This document shows, in pieces, positions 38,487 through 47,744 of a stretch of 64,000 bases of DNA. Origin of the DNA: Nitrosopumilus sp. (GTDB lineage Archaea; Thermoproteota; Nitrososphaeria; Nitrososphaerales; Nitrosopumilaceae). The stretch lies in NCBI GenBank assembly GCA_965223425.1, contig OZ245003.1:960001-1024000 (forward strand), read 5' to 3'. Position numbers and translations under genes: made by a program. Each line of letters begins with the position of its first letter. The first letter of the stretch is position 1. Below the pieces are notes generated by a model, which did not search any database, had not been told where the DNA came from, and saw only the letters and a program-made list of their open reading frames with translations.

Positions 38487-39852
38487 CAGTAGTTCCCAGA
38501 TGTAGATTTGTGCCCAGATGTAGGTTTATGCCCAGATGCCGGTGCGTTACCGCATAATAACTGCAATGCAAAGATCCAGATTAGGCTACGGCGTGCAATA
38601 TGTCATGAAAGTCGAATTACAAGACGAACTGATCGCACGCCAGTACAATATAACATCAAACCGGTTTAAAATCCTGCGCTCGTCGTTTCAAAAGCTTGGC
38701 ATGCCAATGTCTGAGAGGCACAACGCCGTATACGGATGCGGCGACATACTGGACGTGCTAATCAGGGCGTCTGAGAGAAACACGTTTGTAGAATCCCTCG
38801 TACGGCACAACAGGCTTCAAGACACGGGTGCACGTACGCCTGATGCAGACCTGGTCATGTCTGCAGTCCGTGGCGTCAAACCGGCAGACGTGCAGGCCTG
38901 GTGTGCAAGGACGCTGGCACGCACGGTGCGGCACGCCCGCCATACAGGAATGCTGCAGGACATCGACGCCATTGCAATAGACGTTACGGACATACCATAC
39001 CATGGGGAGCAGCTGCAGGAGCATACAAGAAAGTCGCGTCCAAAGGCAGGAACATCCACGTTTCTCTCGTATGTCGCAGTGCACGGAGTCGGCAGGGACT
39101 CCTCGCAGATTGTCCTGGAATCGCAGCTGCTGCCGGCAAAGGAGAAACTGGCCGATTTTATAGCCAAAACACGCACGAAAATCCTCAGAGGAGGGGGCGC
39201 ACACTCAAAGACTGTGTTCCTGTACGACCGCGCCTTTTACAACGTTGACTGCATGACAGAGGCAGGAAAGGGCGGGTGCCGCTACATTATGCCTGTCATC
39301 ATGAACTCCAAGATCAAGAGGATAGTCAAGCTGTATGAGGGCAGAAAGGCAAACCAGGTATCGCAGCAGTCAATGACCAACAAAGACGGCGTAACTGTGA
39401 CCTACAACCTTGTAATTGTCAAAAGAGACAGGAAGAAGAAGAAGAAGGAAGAGGAGGAAGAGGAGCAATACATTGCGTTTGCAACAAACATTCCCATCAG
39501 GAGTGCCACAGAGCCATGACAGGCATCATACCGGAGCAGTACCGCAAGATGGGGCATCGAGACGGGACTTCGCGTCATAAAGGAGATCATGGGCAGGACA
39601 TGCAGCAACTCCCTGTCTGTGAGGCTGCTGATGTTTTACCTGCCGCTGCTGCTGTACAACCTGTGGAGGATTGCCAGGTTCTGCCTTGATGCGGGAAAGA
39701 GGCATGGAAGAGTGTCTTCTGCGGGAAAAAAACTCACCATGGCGTTGTTTATCGTGTACATTACAAGCAGAAACGAGTTGTTTGTCAATGATCGAGGCAA
39801 GTAGAACCGATGCCAGTTGCGGTTGCGGTAAATCCACATCTGGGAACTACTG
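38487..39852 (+). mobile_element. ISH3-family insertion sequence (second lineage)
   Basis: 23-bp TIRs with 1 mismatch (CAGTAGTTCCCAGATGTAGATTT; 39830-39852); 4-bp TSD ATGT at 38483-38486 and 39853-39856. Confidence 0.92.
38536..39804 (+). pseudogene. ISH3-family transposase, disrupted near the catalytic E motif
   Basis: IAIDVTDIPYHG, YDRAFY, YIAFATNI, then stop at 39517-39519; IPEQYRK in a shifted frame and RWGIETG back in the first frame. Confidence 0.85.
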
Positions 39853-40086
39853 ATGTAGGGGAGCAGGTGCATGGATCCTGGGACGAACGGGATGTGGTCA
39901 GGCCGAGTTATGCAACACACTACCGCATGCGCGTCTTGTTGCACTATCGGCGCGGCGCTCAGGGAAGCAGTGTTAATTGATCGCTGAGCGTATAGATTTT
40001 CAATCCAGAGAAGATCCATATTTCAGGTCACCATAACGTTACAGAACCAGCAAAACTAATAATTAAATACAGATTTTACCTAATAT

Positions 40087-40218
40087 ATGGTAGTTTGTTG
40101 TATTTGTAAAATTGCTAAAGGTAATCTCAAAATTACTGACGGCAATCCAAAATACAAAGGAAAACCAATCTGCAAAGAATGCAGTGATTATCGTAAATTA
40201 CTAAAAGAAACCAAATAA
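40087..40218 (+). CDS. 43-aa zinc-finger microprotein (below ORF-track cutoff)
   Basis: MVVCCICKIAKGNLKITDGNPKYKGKPICKECSDYRKLLKETK*, two CxxC pairs; stop abuts the next gene. Confidence 0.7.
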   Translation: MVVCCICKIAKGNLKITDGNPKYKGKPICKECSDYRKLLKETK

Positions 40219-40219
40219 T

Positions 40220-40465
40220 TTACTCTGTTTTTGGTTTGTTCTTTTCTACCCATTCTTCATACATCTTGATTAATTCATCTACATCTTTTCCATCTTCTGA
40301 ATATGTGAGAATTACTCCAAACGTCCCTTTTTTATCATGGCCTCTTGCAAAATACCCCCAAAAAGAATCTGGTAGTTTCTGAAAACTGTTTGAATCATGA
40401 GATACTCCGATTAGGTTATTTCCAATTACTTCAACCACTTTTTTTGCATCATCTGACTCTATCAT
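40220..40465 (-). CDS. Hypothetical protein downstream of aspS
   Basis: 81-aa ORF 2 nt after the aspS stop. Confidence 0.7.
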   Translation of the reverse strand: MIESDDAKKVVEVIGNNLIGVSHDSNSFQKLPDSFWGYFARGHDKKGTFGVILTYSEDGKDVDELIKMYEEWVEKNKPKTE

Positions 40466-40467
40466 AA

Positions 40468-41754
40468 TTATGGACTCAACCTATCAGGGTCTCTTGGGTA
40501 TAACACCACTTCACGAACATTATCAATTCCAATAAGCGTGGTCATCAATCTGTCTAACCCCATTCCCCATCCTGAATGTGGAGGCATTCCCCAGTCAAAT
40601 GCTTTAAGATGGTCTGTAAACTGTGCGGGATCCAAGTCTTGCTCTTTTAATCTGGCTTTTAACATCTCTGGATTATGAAGTCTGGTTCCACCAGATGATA
40701 ATTCTAGATACCCAAATTGCAAATCAAATGAACGTGACAGTGTCGCATCTTCATCTTTTTCTCTAATGTAAAATGGTTTTAGTTTCATTGGCCAGTCAGT
40801 CAAAAAGAAGAATCCCGGGTGACTGTCTCCAATAATTCTAAGATGTGAATCAAGTAAATCCCCTCCAAACTCTATTTTTTCATCTGCTTTTTTGAGCTCC
40901 TCTACACACTGATTGTATGTGATTCTCTCAAATGGTGGTTTTGGAACCTCAATAGTGTGACCAATGCTTTCTTGTTCTGCTTTACAGTTTTCTGCTGCAA
41001 ATTTGTAAACATCCATCACTGTGGATTCTAATACATCCATAACGTCGTTGTAATCCATAAATGCTGCTTCAATGTCAATACTGGTGAATTCATTTAGGTG
41101 TCTTCCTGTGTGAGAATTTTCTGCACGATAAAAGTTTGAAATCTCAAACACCCTCTCTAACCCTATTGTCATCTGTTCTTTGTATAGTTGTGGGCTTTGT
41201 GCAAGATATGCAGTCTTTCCAAAATAATCCAACGAAAACAAGTTTGCGCCTCCTTCACTTGCGCTGCCTATAATTTTGGGAGTTGTAATTTCTATGAATT
41301 TTTTTTCAGTCAAAGTTTTACGTAATGATTGCAGTACATGGTGTCTAAGTTTAAAAATTGAAGCAGTTTTTTGATTTCTCATGTCTAGTGCACGATGATT
41401 TAGTCTTGTGTCAATGTTACTTTCAAGCCTTCCAATAGGGTCTACTGGCAATGGGTGAACGGCTTTTCCTAACACTTCTACTTTTTCTGCCTTGATCTCA
41501 AATGAAAAGTCTCTTGCTTTAGTTTCTTGCACAATTCCTCTTACGCTTACAACGCTTTGACGATTAATTTCGCCAAGATTGTCATTGAGTTTGCCTTTTA
41601 CAACTACTTGAGATATTCCTGACACATCGCGTAAAGTGATAAATGACATTTTACCTAGTTTTCGAAGATCCTCAATCCATCCGCCTAACACAACTTGCTT
41701 TCCAATTAACTCTGATGTAAGATCTGCAATGTCATGAGTCTTCACAAAAACCAT
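40468..41754 (-). CDS. aspS: Aspartyl-tRNA synthetase (archaeal type)
   Basis: OB-fold FITLRD, LAQSPQLYK, RAENS, GMPPHSGWGMGLDR. Confidence 0.95.
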   Translation of the reverse strand: MVFVKTHDIADLTSELIGKQVVLGGWIEDLRKLGKMSFITLRDVSGISQVVVKGKLNDNLGEINRQSVVSVRGIVQETKARDFSFEIKAEKVEVLGKAVHPLPVDPIGRLESNIDTRLNHRALDMRNQKTASIFKLRHHVLQSLRKTLTEKKFIEITTPKIIGSASEGGANLFSLDYFGKTAYLAQSPQLYKEQMTIGLERVFEISNFYRAENSHTGRHLNEFTSIDIEAAFMDYNDVMDVLESTVMDVYKFAAENCKAEQESIGHTIEVPKPPFERITYNQCVEELKKADEKIEFGGDLLDSHLRIIGDSHPGFFFLTDWPMKLKPFYIREKDEDATLSRSFDLQFGYLELSSGGTRLHNPEMLKARLKEQDLDPAQFTDHLKAFDWGMPPHSGWGMGLDRLMTTLIGIDNVREVVLYPRDPDRLSP

Positions 41755-41757
41755 CTT

Positions 41758-42272
41758 CTATCTTTTATCCTCAAATTCCATCTCAATGTCAAGGTTTCGG
41801 GCATTTTTTACAATTTGTACAGCTTTTCCGGCATCTATCGGAAATCTAGGCGTCCATTTGCCAGAAATCACGGCTTTGGTTTTTTGAACTCCGCCTATGC
41901 CCATACTGAGTTTATTGATAGAACCTTGGTTGGGAAAAACAGGTCTTCTATGAATTTTTTATCTGTCTCATCTGGGCCTCAATTAACCAAATCTTACCCA
42001 CAAACTGGTCTTGTAATAACCTATACAAAGTACGACTTTGTCTTATTTTCATTATATCATTTTTGGCTAATGTCAAAACAAAACCTTCTTCCACTTTTTT
42101 GCAAGAATGCATGGTAAAATCTTCAACTTTATTGTTTGATTCTGCAATTTTTGCAAGAATAATTGATGCATCCACTTCTGCCTGCGTGATGTCTCCAAAC
42201 CCTACTTTTTTTTTCACATTGAGGGCATAAAACAGCGTTTTTTGCATCAAAACCACAAATTGGAAGTTTCAT
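41758..42272 (-). pseudogene. NusA-like KH-domain protein, three frameshifts
   Basis: MKLPICGFDAKNAVLCPQCE / KVGFGDITQAEVDAS...IWLIEA / DETDKKFIEDLFFPTKVLSINSVWA / GGVQKTKAVISGKWTPRFPID...EFEDKR* in successive frames. Confidence 0.8.
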
Positions 42273-42355
42273 TTGAATCGACTTTTATCATTCTGATGGT
42301 GTTGCTTATATCCCCTAGTGCAAAACAAAAATCCTAGTTTGGATCTAACAAATAC

Positions 42356-43288
42356 ATGACTTTTCTCTCAGTTAGTGGGCTATCTGCCAAATATCATGCA
42401 TCTAAAGGACCAGTCTATGCAGTTGATGACGTAGATTTTGAGTTAGAAGATGGGAAATCAATAGGAATTGCAGGTGAGAGTGCATGTGGAAAAAGCACAT
42501 TGGGGTTGTCTATTATACGAATGCTTTCAGGAGGAAGGACAGACGGCAAAATTCTCTTTGAGAATGAATCAATTTTAGATATGGACGAGTCTGATTTTGA
42601 TAAACGATATCGATGGAAAAAAATTTCCATGATCTTTCAGGGTGCAATGAATTCATTAGATCCTGTATTTACCATCAAGGAGCAATTCCTAGAAATTCTA
42701 AAACAACACAACTTTGATGGTGATTCTGATAAAGTAGTTTTAGATGCAATGAATTCCGTTAATCTAGATAACCTTGTTTTGAAAAAATATCCACATGAAC
42801 TTAGTGGAGGAATGAAACAGAGAGTGATTATTGCCATGGCCTTGCTTCTTAAACCAAAATTTGTAATTGCAGATGAACCAACAACTGCACTTGACGTATT
42901 GATTCAGGCTCAAATTGTAAACTTGCTCAAATCCCTCAAAAAAGATGGCATGTCTTTTATGCTAATTACGCATGATTTGGCAGTATTATCTGAAATTGCA
43001 GATAAAATCGGAATTATGTATGGTGGGCAAATGGTGGAATTTGGAACTTCTCAAGAAATTTACAAAAATCCAAAACATCCATACACCCAAGGACTTTTAG
43101 AATCAATTCCAACATTAAAGGGAGATGTTCCAAAATACATTAAAGGAATTCCGCCTAGTTTACTTGATGTCCCAACTGAATGCAGGTTTATAGAAAGATG
43201 TCCTTTGGCAATCGAAAAATGTAAACAGCTTCCTCCTAAATTTAAAACAGATACTGGTTATGTGAGATGCTGGTTGTATGAAGAATAA
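42356..43288 (+). CDS. Oligopeptide/dipeptide ABC transporter ATP-binding subunit
   Basis: GESACGKST, YPHELSGGMKQR, IADEPTTALD, HPYT, C-terminal Cys cluster. Confidence 0.92.
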   Translation: MTFLSVSGLSAKYHASKGPVYAVDDVDFELEDGKSIGIAGESACGKSTLGLSIIRMLSGGRTDGKILFENESILDMDESDFDKRYRWKKISMIFQGAMNSLDPVFTIKEQFLEILKQHNFDGDSDKVVLDAMNSVNLDNLVLKKYPHELSGGMKQRVIIAMALLLKPKFVIADEPTTALDVLIQAQIVNLLKSLKKDGMSFMLITHDLAVLSEIADKIGIMYGGQMVEFGTSQEIYKNPKHPYTQGLLESIPTLKGDVPKYIKGIPPSLLDVPTECRFIERCPLAIEKCKQLPPKFKTDTGYVRCWLYEE

Positions 43289-43296
43289 ATCTAATT

Positions 43297-43602
43297 TTAT
43301 TTTGAACTGAGGTATTCCCTATCAATTTTATCTAAATATATTTCTTGAATGCATGTAATTTCTCTTTTAGTTGTATTGCGACAAATCATCTTTGCATAAT
43401 TTATTAAATCTGGATTATCTTGGGTCCTTTCAAACTCTTCTATTTTTTTAAATGATTCTTGTTCAAACTTTATTATGTCTTTGAGTTCCTTACTGATTTG
43501 CTCTATATTCATTTTTTTATAATCCTTCGAGTTTGACTTTCTAAAACTAATGCCATCAATTAATTCTTGAATCTCATCGGATTGTTGCATATTTTTTGTC
43601 AT
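43297..43602 (-). CDS. Hypothetical protein
   Basis: 101-aa ATG ORF. Confidence 0.6.
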   Translation of the reverse strand: MTKNMQQSDEIQELIDGISFRKSNSKDYKKMNIEQISKELKDIIKFEQESFKKIEEFERTQDNPDLINYAKMICRNTTKREITCIQEIYLDKIDREYLSSK

Positions 43603-43726
43603 GTGTAGTTTTTAAAAAAGTTAACTTTGATTTTTCTTTTTATGCCCTAAAATGCTTTAACCCATCTGTCATGCTAAGTGAGTCTAAACCAACTTCACAA
43701 TATGGACATTCCAAATTATTCAACAC

Positions 43727-44101
43727 TCAAGAGTGTTTTTTTACAATTGGCAGACATGCATCTATGATTCTTAACATTTCAGATCTGATTACTTTCTTAT
43801 CAATTGATATCCACACTCTTGACTTGTTTATTGCAAAAGAAATAATCTGAACCTTTTCTCTCTCCTCCCAAACAAATTCAATTTCTCCTAGATTTTTATC
43901 AAAAAATCCTTCCAAATCTGTCTTTATGGCAATATGTGAAAACTGGTATTGGGTGTTTTTCTCATCTAAAAGTGGAATCAAATCTGACCTCCTTCTATAT
44001 GCTAATAGCTCTCCGCTCTCACCAATCACGCCTACAAACCTGATAAATGGACTGATGGTGCTAACTGCATCACAAATTTGTTGCAAGTTTTTGTTTGTCA
44101 T
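43727..44101 (-). CDS. Conserved thaumarchaeal hypothetical protein (roadblock/profilin-like)
   Basis: IRFVGVI...GELL...PLL...LGEIEF..EEREKV pattern. Confidence 0.65.
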   Translation of the reverse strand: MTNKNLQQICDAVSTISPFIRFVGVIGESGELLAYRRRSDLIPLLDEKNTQYQFSHIAIKTDLEGFFDKNLGEIEFVWEEREKVQIISFAINKSRVWISIDKKVIRSEMLRIIDACLPIVKKHS

Positions 44102-44192
44102 TTGATTGAGTTGTAAAAATATGATATTTTAATGATTACTGTACGCTTTGTTCCAGTTTTAATTAAATAAAGCCTGTAAAACACATTGATTT

Positions 44193-44831
44193 GTGGATTT
44201 TGTTGACCTATTTCCATTTGCGCCAGAAGTAGGTTATCTGAGTTTAGCACTAGTCAACTTCCTTGGTTCTTTAGTTCCGTTTGTACCATTACCTGGATTT
44301 TTGTTGTTAGCTACAATGTCTGTTGGTGATCAATTTGATCTACATGTTCTGGCAATACTGTCCGCACTTACGGCAACTGCTGCAAAACAAATTATCTTCT
44401 ATGCAAGCTATGGTGGAAGAAAGATTGTCAGTGAAAAAACCAGAAAGAGAATGCGCCCGTTTCAAAGATTAGTTAAAAGATATGGTGCAGGCGCAGCTTT
44501 TTTTGCAGCTGCCACCCCGATTCCAGATGATTTGGTGTATGTTCCATTGGGATTGGCAAAGTATAATCCAAAAAAATTCTTTATAGCAACTCTTACTGGT
44601 AAATTTGTCCTAAGTTATACTATAGTTTTTGTCTCTCATTATCTCGGATTATCTTTGGCTGAACCCCTCCTAGAAAATATTGACGATGCAACACCAGTTT
44701 ACATTGGAATTACTGTCTTTGGCGCAACGATGACTACAGTTATAGTTTTATTATTAAGACTAGATTGGCATAGAGTTCTGGGACGATTTGCTCCCTGGAC
44801 ATTAGATGAAAACAACGAAGACGAAAATTAA
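44193..44831 (+). CDS. VTT/DedA (SNARE-associated) membrane protein
   Basis: PFVPLPG, AATPIPDDLVYVPLGL, FFIATLTGK. Confidence 0.85.
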   Translation: MDFVDLFPFAPEVGYLSLALVNFLGSLVPFVPLPGFLLLATMSVGDQFDLHVLAILSALTATAAKQIIFYASYGGRKIVSEKTRKRMRPFQRLVKRYGAGAAFFAAATPIPDDLVYVPLGLAKYNPKKFFIATLTGKFVLSYTIVFVSHYLGLSLAEPLLENIDDATPVYIGITVFGATMTTVIVLLLRLDWHRVLGRFAPWTLDENNEDEN

Positions 44832-45385
44832 ATTTTTATTTTAAAATTCCACAATTTGTCAGTTGCCTCTTTAATTCCAATTCTGGATGATGAAACAATC
44901 TTCTTTGGTTTTATTCCGTCTGTAATGAATAGTTTGGAATGTTTTGTCAGATCAATTCCGTAATGTTCTCTTGTAATTTCTAATGCCTGAGTTAGTTTTG
45001 CAGGACCGTTTGTCAGAATTCTCACATCCTTATTTTTTCTGTTTTTTTGCATAATTTTGATTCCTTTTTCAGGTTCAATTGCACGAACAAGCACCGCTCC
45101 TGCTGCAGTTCTTGGATGTCTTGCCACTACATTAAAGCAGTAATACATCCCATATGTAAAATAAACGTAAGCCATTCCTACATCTCCGAACATGGCCTTG
45201 TTTCTGTCAGTAATTCTTCTAAATGCGTGACTTGCAGGATCATCTTTGTGTTTGTATGCTTCAGTTTCTGTAATTATCCCCGAAATCTCCTGATTTCCTA
45301 TTTTTCTTACAATTTTTTTTCCTAAAAGATTTTTTGCAACTTTGACCGTATCTTGCAGATAAAATTCTCTAGGCAGTTTGCTCAA
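44828..45385 (-). CDS. mpg: DNA-3-methyladenine glycosylase (MPG/AAG)
   Basis: ETEAY, DPASH, YVYFTYGMY, AVLVRAIEP, NGPAKL, RIGI. Confidence 0.92.
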   Translation of the reverse strand: MSKLPREFYLQDTVKVAKNLLGKKIVRKIGNQEISGIITETEAYKHKDDPASHAFRRITDRNKAMFGDVGMAYVYFTYGMYYCFNVVARHPRTAAGAVLVRAIEPEKGIKIMQKNRKNKDVRILTNGPAKLTQALEITREHYGIDLTKHSKLFITDGIKPKKIVSSSRIGIKEATDKLWNFKIKI

Positions 45386-45956
45386 TGTCTATTGTGATCT
45401 TTTTACCATTTTTTAATTCTCTGATCAATTCAAAGAGTTTTATGATGTCCTCCTTTAGCACTTTGATTAGTTCTTGATTGTAAATTGTTGCCGCTGGATG
45501 AACTGTTAGAAAATACAGCTGATTGTTTTTTCGAGCTACCTTGCCTCTGTATTTTGTAATCTCAGAACCTCCCAAAATAGAATTAAACGCAGTATTGCCC
45601 AAAATACAGATTATTTTTGGTTTGATTATGGAAATCTCTTGTTTTAGATAATCTTGACACGTATTCCGCTCTGTTGTATTTGGAACTCGATTATTTGGCG
45701 GTCTGCATTTTACCACATTTGTAATGTATATCGCATCTCTTGAAACCCCAGCTTCTTCTAATGCCATTGATAGTCTCTTTCCTGCAGCTCCTACAAACGG
45801 CTCTCCGTTTTTATCTTCATTTCTTCCTGGTGCTTCCCCCACAAAAATTACATCTGACTGAAAATTCCCATTGCCTGGAACTGCATTGGTTCTTGTTTTA
45901 CAAAGATCACACTTTGTACATTCTATAACTTGTTGTTTTATTGTCTCTAGGCTCAT
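45369..45956 (-). CDS. udg: Uracil-DNA glycosylase family 4
   Basis: CxxCxLC, GEAPG, KCRPPNNR, HPAA. Confidence 0.92.
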   Translation of the reverse strand: MSLETIKQQVIECTKCDLCKTRTNAVPGNGNFQSDVIFVGEAPGRNEDKNGEPFVGAAGKRLSMALEEAGVSRDAIYITNVVKCRPPNNRVPNTTERNTCQDYLKQEISIIKPKIICILGNTAFNSILGGSEITKYRGKVARKNNQLYFLTVHPAATIYNQELIKVLKEDIIKLFELIRELKNGKKITIDIEQTA

Positions 45957-47369
45957 TTAATTTACACTCTTTACTGTTGCTGTCCCTCGAATTGATGGTC
46001 CGCCATTGCCCATTATCATTGGTTGCATGGGATCCCCTTTACCGCAATTAGTTATTGGTCTTACAGTAAAATCATCCCCGCATGCATCAATTGATTCAAA
46101 AAATTCCGGCGCTGTACCCATTACAATTACGTCTCGTAATAGGTCAGTTACCTCACCATTATCTATTTTTTGCGCGTATTGGCACGAAATACTCCAACTA
46201 TGCCGCTTCATGTCAATTGAAGGGATTTTCATATTTGATATCAAATAACCATCTTTGACTTCCTTTATCATCTCTGATACGCTCCAATCTCCATTGCCAA
46301 TACATGTACATGCCATTCGAATTAAGGGCATGAATCTGTAGTTTGTTGCTCTCATGTTTCCAGTTGGTGGGGTATCAAAAATTTTTCCAGTTTCCCTACT
46401 TTGCATATGATTTTTTAAAATTCCGTCTTCTACTAGGATAGTCTTTTTAGCTTTGACTCCCTCATCATCATAATAATACCATCCTAAACTTTCTTTGATG
46501 GTGGGATCATCAAATACATTTAATTTTTCAGAACCGATTTTTTCCCCAATTTTTCCTCTCCACCACGCACCTCCGGCCCAGGCCATCTCCTTTCCTAAAA
46601 CTCTGTCCGCCTCTGATGGATGGCCTAATATCTCATGTGTAAGCAGCGATACAAAATCTGGATTCATTACAACTGTAGCCTTTTTTTCTTTTGCAGGCTT
46701 TGCATTTGTTAGTTGTGATGCTTTGCTAGAAACCTCTTTTGCGCTTTTTATAATTTTGTCATCTCGTATAATTTGCTCCATTCCGCCTCTTCCCCCCTCT
46801 GTGATGTTTACTGATTGAGTTAATCCTGATTCATGTGCAGTAGCTATCATATCAACTACTACATCTGTAAAGTTTTGTACAATTTCTGAGCCTTCACTAT
46901 TTACAAAATATTTTGAATTATTTGCATACCGTGAATTTACAATTGATTTGATGATTCTTGGCGTATCTGAAATAATTTTGCTGCATTCAAACCCCATTCC
47001 TATTAATTCATCTAATTCCGGTTTTTGTAAAACTGGAAAATCTATCTTGATTTTATTGCTAGGATTGGGGTAGAGGTTACTTTCGTTTTTTGTATGATGT
47101 AAAGAACTTCTAAAAGCCTCATCTACTGCATTTCTGATTTGTCCAAAAGAGTTTGGATTTGTAATTGAACAAAACCCCCATGTTCCTCCTTTTACCAGTC
47201 TAATGCCAATGCCTGAATCCCTGTTAGTTCTAACATGCTCAATTTCCCCGTTATCAATTAGCACTGATCTGCTTTCTTGTTGTTCTGCCCTTGCATCACA
47301 GTATTGGGCTCCAGATTCAGACGCATATGTTACTGCTTTGTCTGCTAGGTCTTGCCGGCTCAAATCCAT
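45957..47369 (-). CDS. tldD: TldD/PmbA family metalloprotease
   Basis: HEILGHPSEAD, YDDEG, CGKG..Q....GGP. Confidence 0.88.
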   Translation of the reverse strand: MDLSRQDLADKAVTYASESGAQYCDARAEQQESRSVLIDNGEIEHVRTNRDSGIGIRLVKGGTWGFCSITNPNSFGQIRNAVDEAFRSSLHHTKNESNLYPNPSNKIKIDFPVLQKPELDELIGMGFECSKIISDTPRIIKSIVNSRYANNSKYFVNSEGSEIVQNFTDVVVDMIATAHESGLTQSVNITEGGRGGMEQIIRDDKIIKSAKEVSSKASQLTNAKPAKEKKATVVMNPDFVSLLTHEILGHPSEADRVLGKEMAWAGGAWWRGKIGEKIGSEKLNVFDDPTIKESLGWYYYDDEGVKAKKTILVEDGILKNHMQSRETGKIFDTPPTGNMRATNYRFMPLIRMACTCIGNGDWSVSEMIKEVKDGYLISNMKIPSIDMKRHSWSISCQYAQKIDNGEVTDLLRDVIVMGTAPEFFESIDACGDDFTVRPITNCGKGDPMQPMIMGNGGPSIRGTATVKSVN

Positions 47370-47410
47370 GATTAATGAAATCTAAAGGTATTCGTAAATC
47401 TTTTGTATTT

Positions 47411-47551
47411 TCACTGATTTGAGATTGCAGGCATTGTAAAGTAGTATTCGTCCTCAAATTCATAGTCAGTTGCATCTTTTTTGCGCAAAAACTCAAAATA
47501 TTTGGCACAGTTTTCATAAAATTCCCTGTTTGTATTGCCTTTGCGACTCAT
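47411..47551 (-). CDS. 46-aa small protein (below ORF-track cutoff)
   Basis: MSRKGNTNREFYENCAKYFEFLRKKDATDYEFEDEYYFTMPAISNQ*; fills the gap upstream of tldD on the same strand. Confidence 0.55.
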   Translation of the reverse strand: MSRKGNTNREFYENCAKYFEFLRKKDATDYEFEDEYYFTMPAISNQ

Positions 47552-47744
47552 GCTCTCAATGTCTAAATGTGCATTTTTTCAAGAGTGTGAGTAATTTTAG
47601 TTCTAAATGTATGTTTTCTTTAAACAGAACCTACTGGAGATTTTGGCTGTTTAGATGTGTGCATCCTTTGGTATAGATTTTTTAAACAAAAAGTCAACAA
47701 AACTATAACTATGCCAAAATAAAATAATCCTATAATGCTTCTTT

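Noticed and set aside
40031-40050. ...CCATAACGTTAC as the far end of the IS66 remnant starting at 38416
   Set aside because: Only the terminal few bases fit and the putative 8-bp flanks match 6/8 (AGAAAGAG versus AGAACCAG); insufficient.
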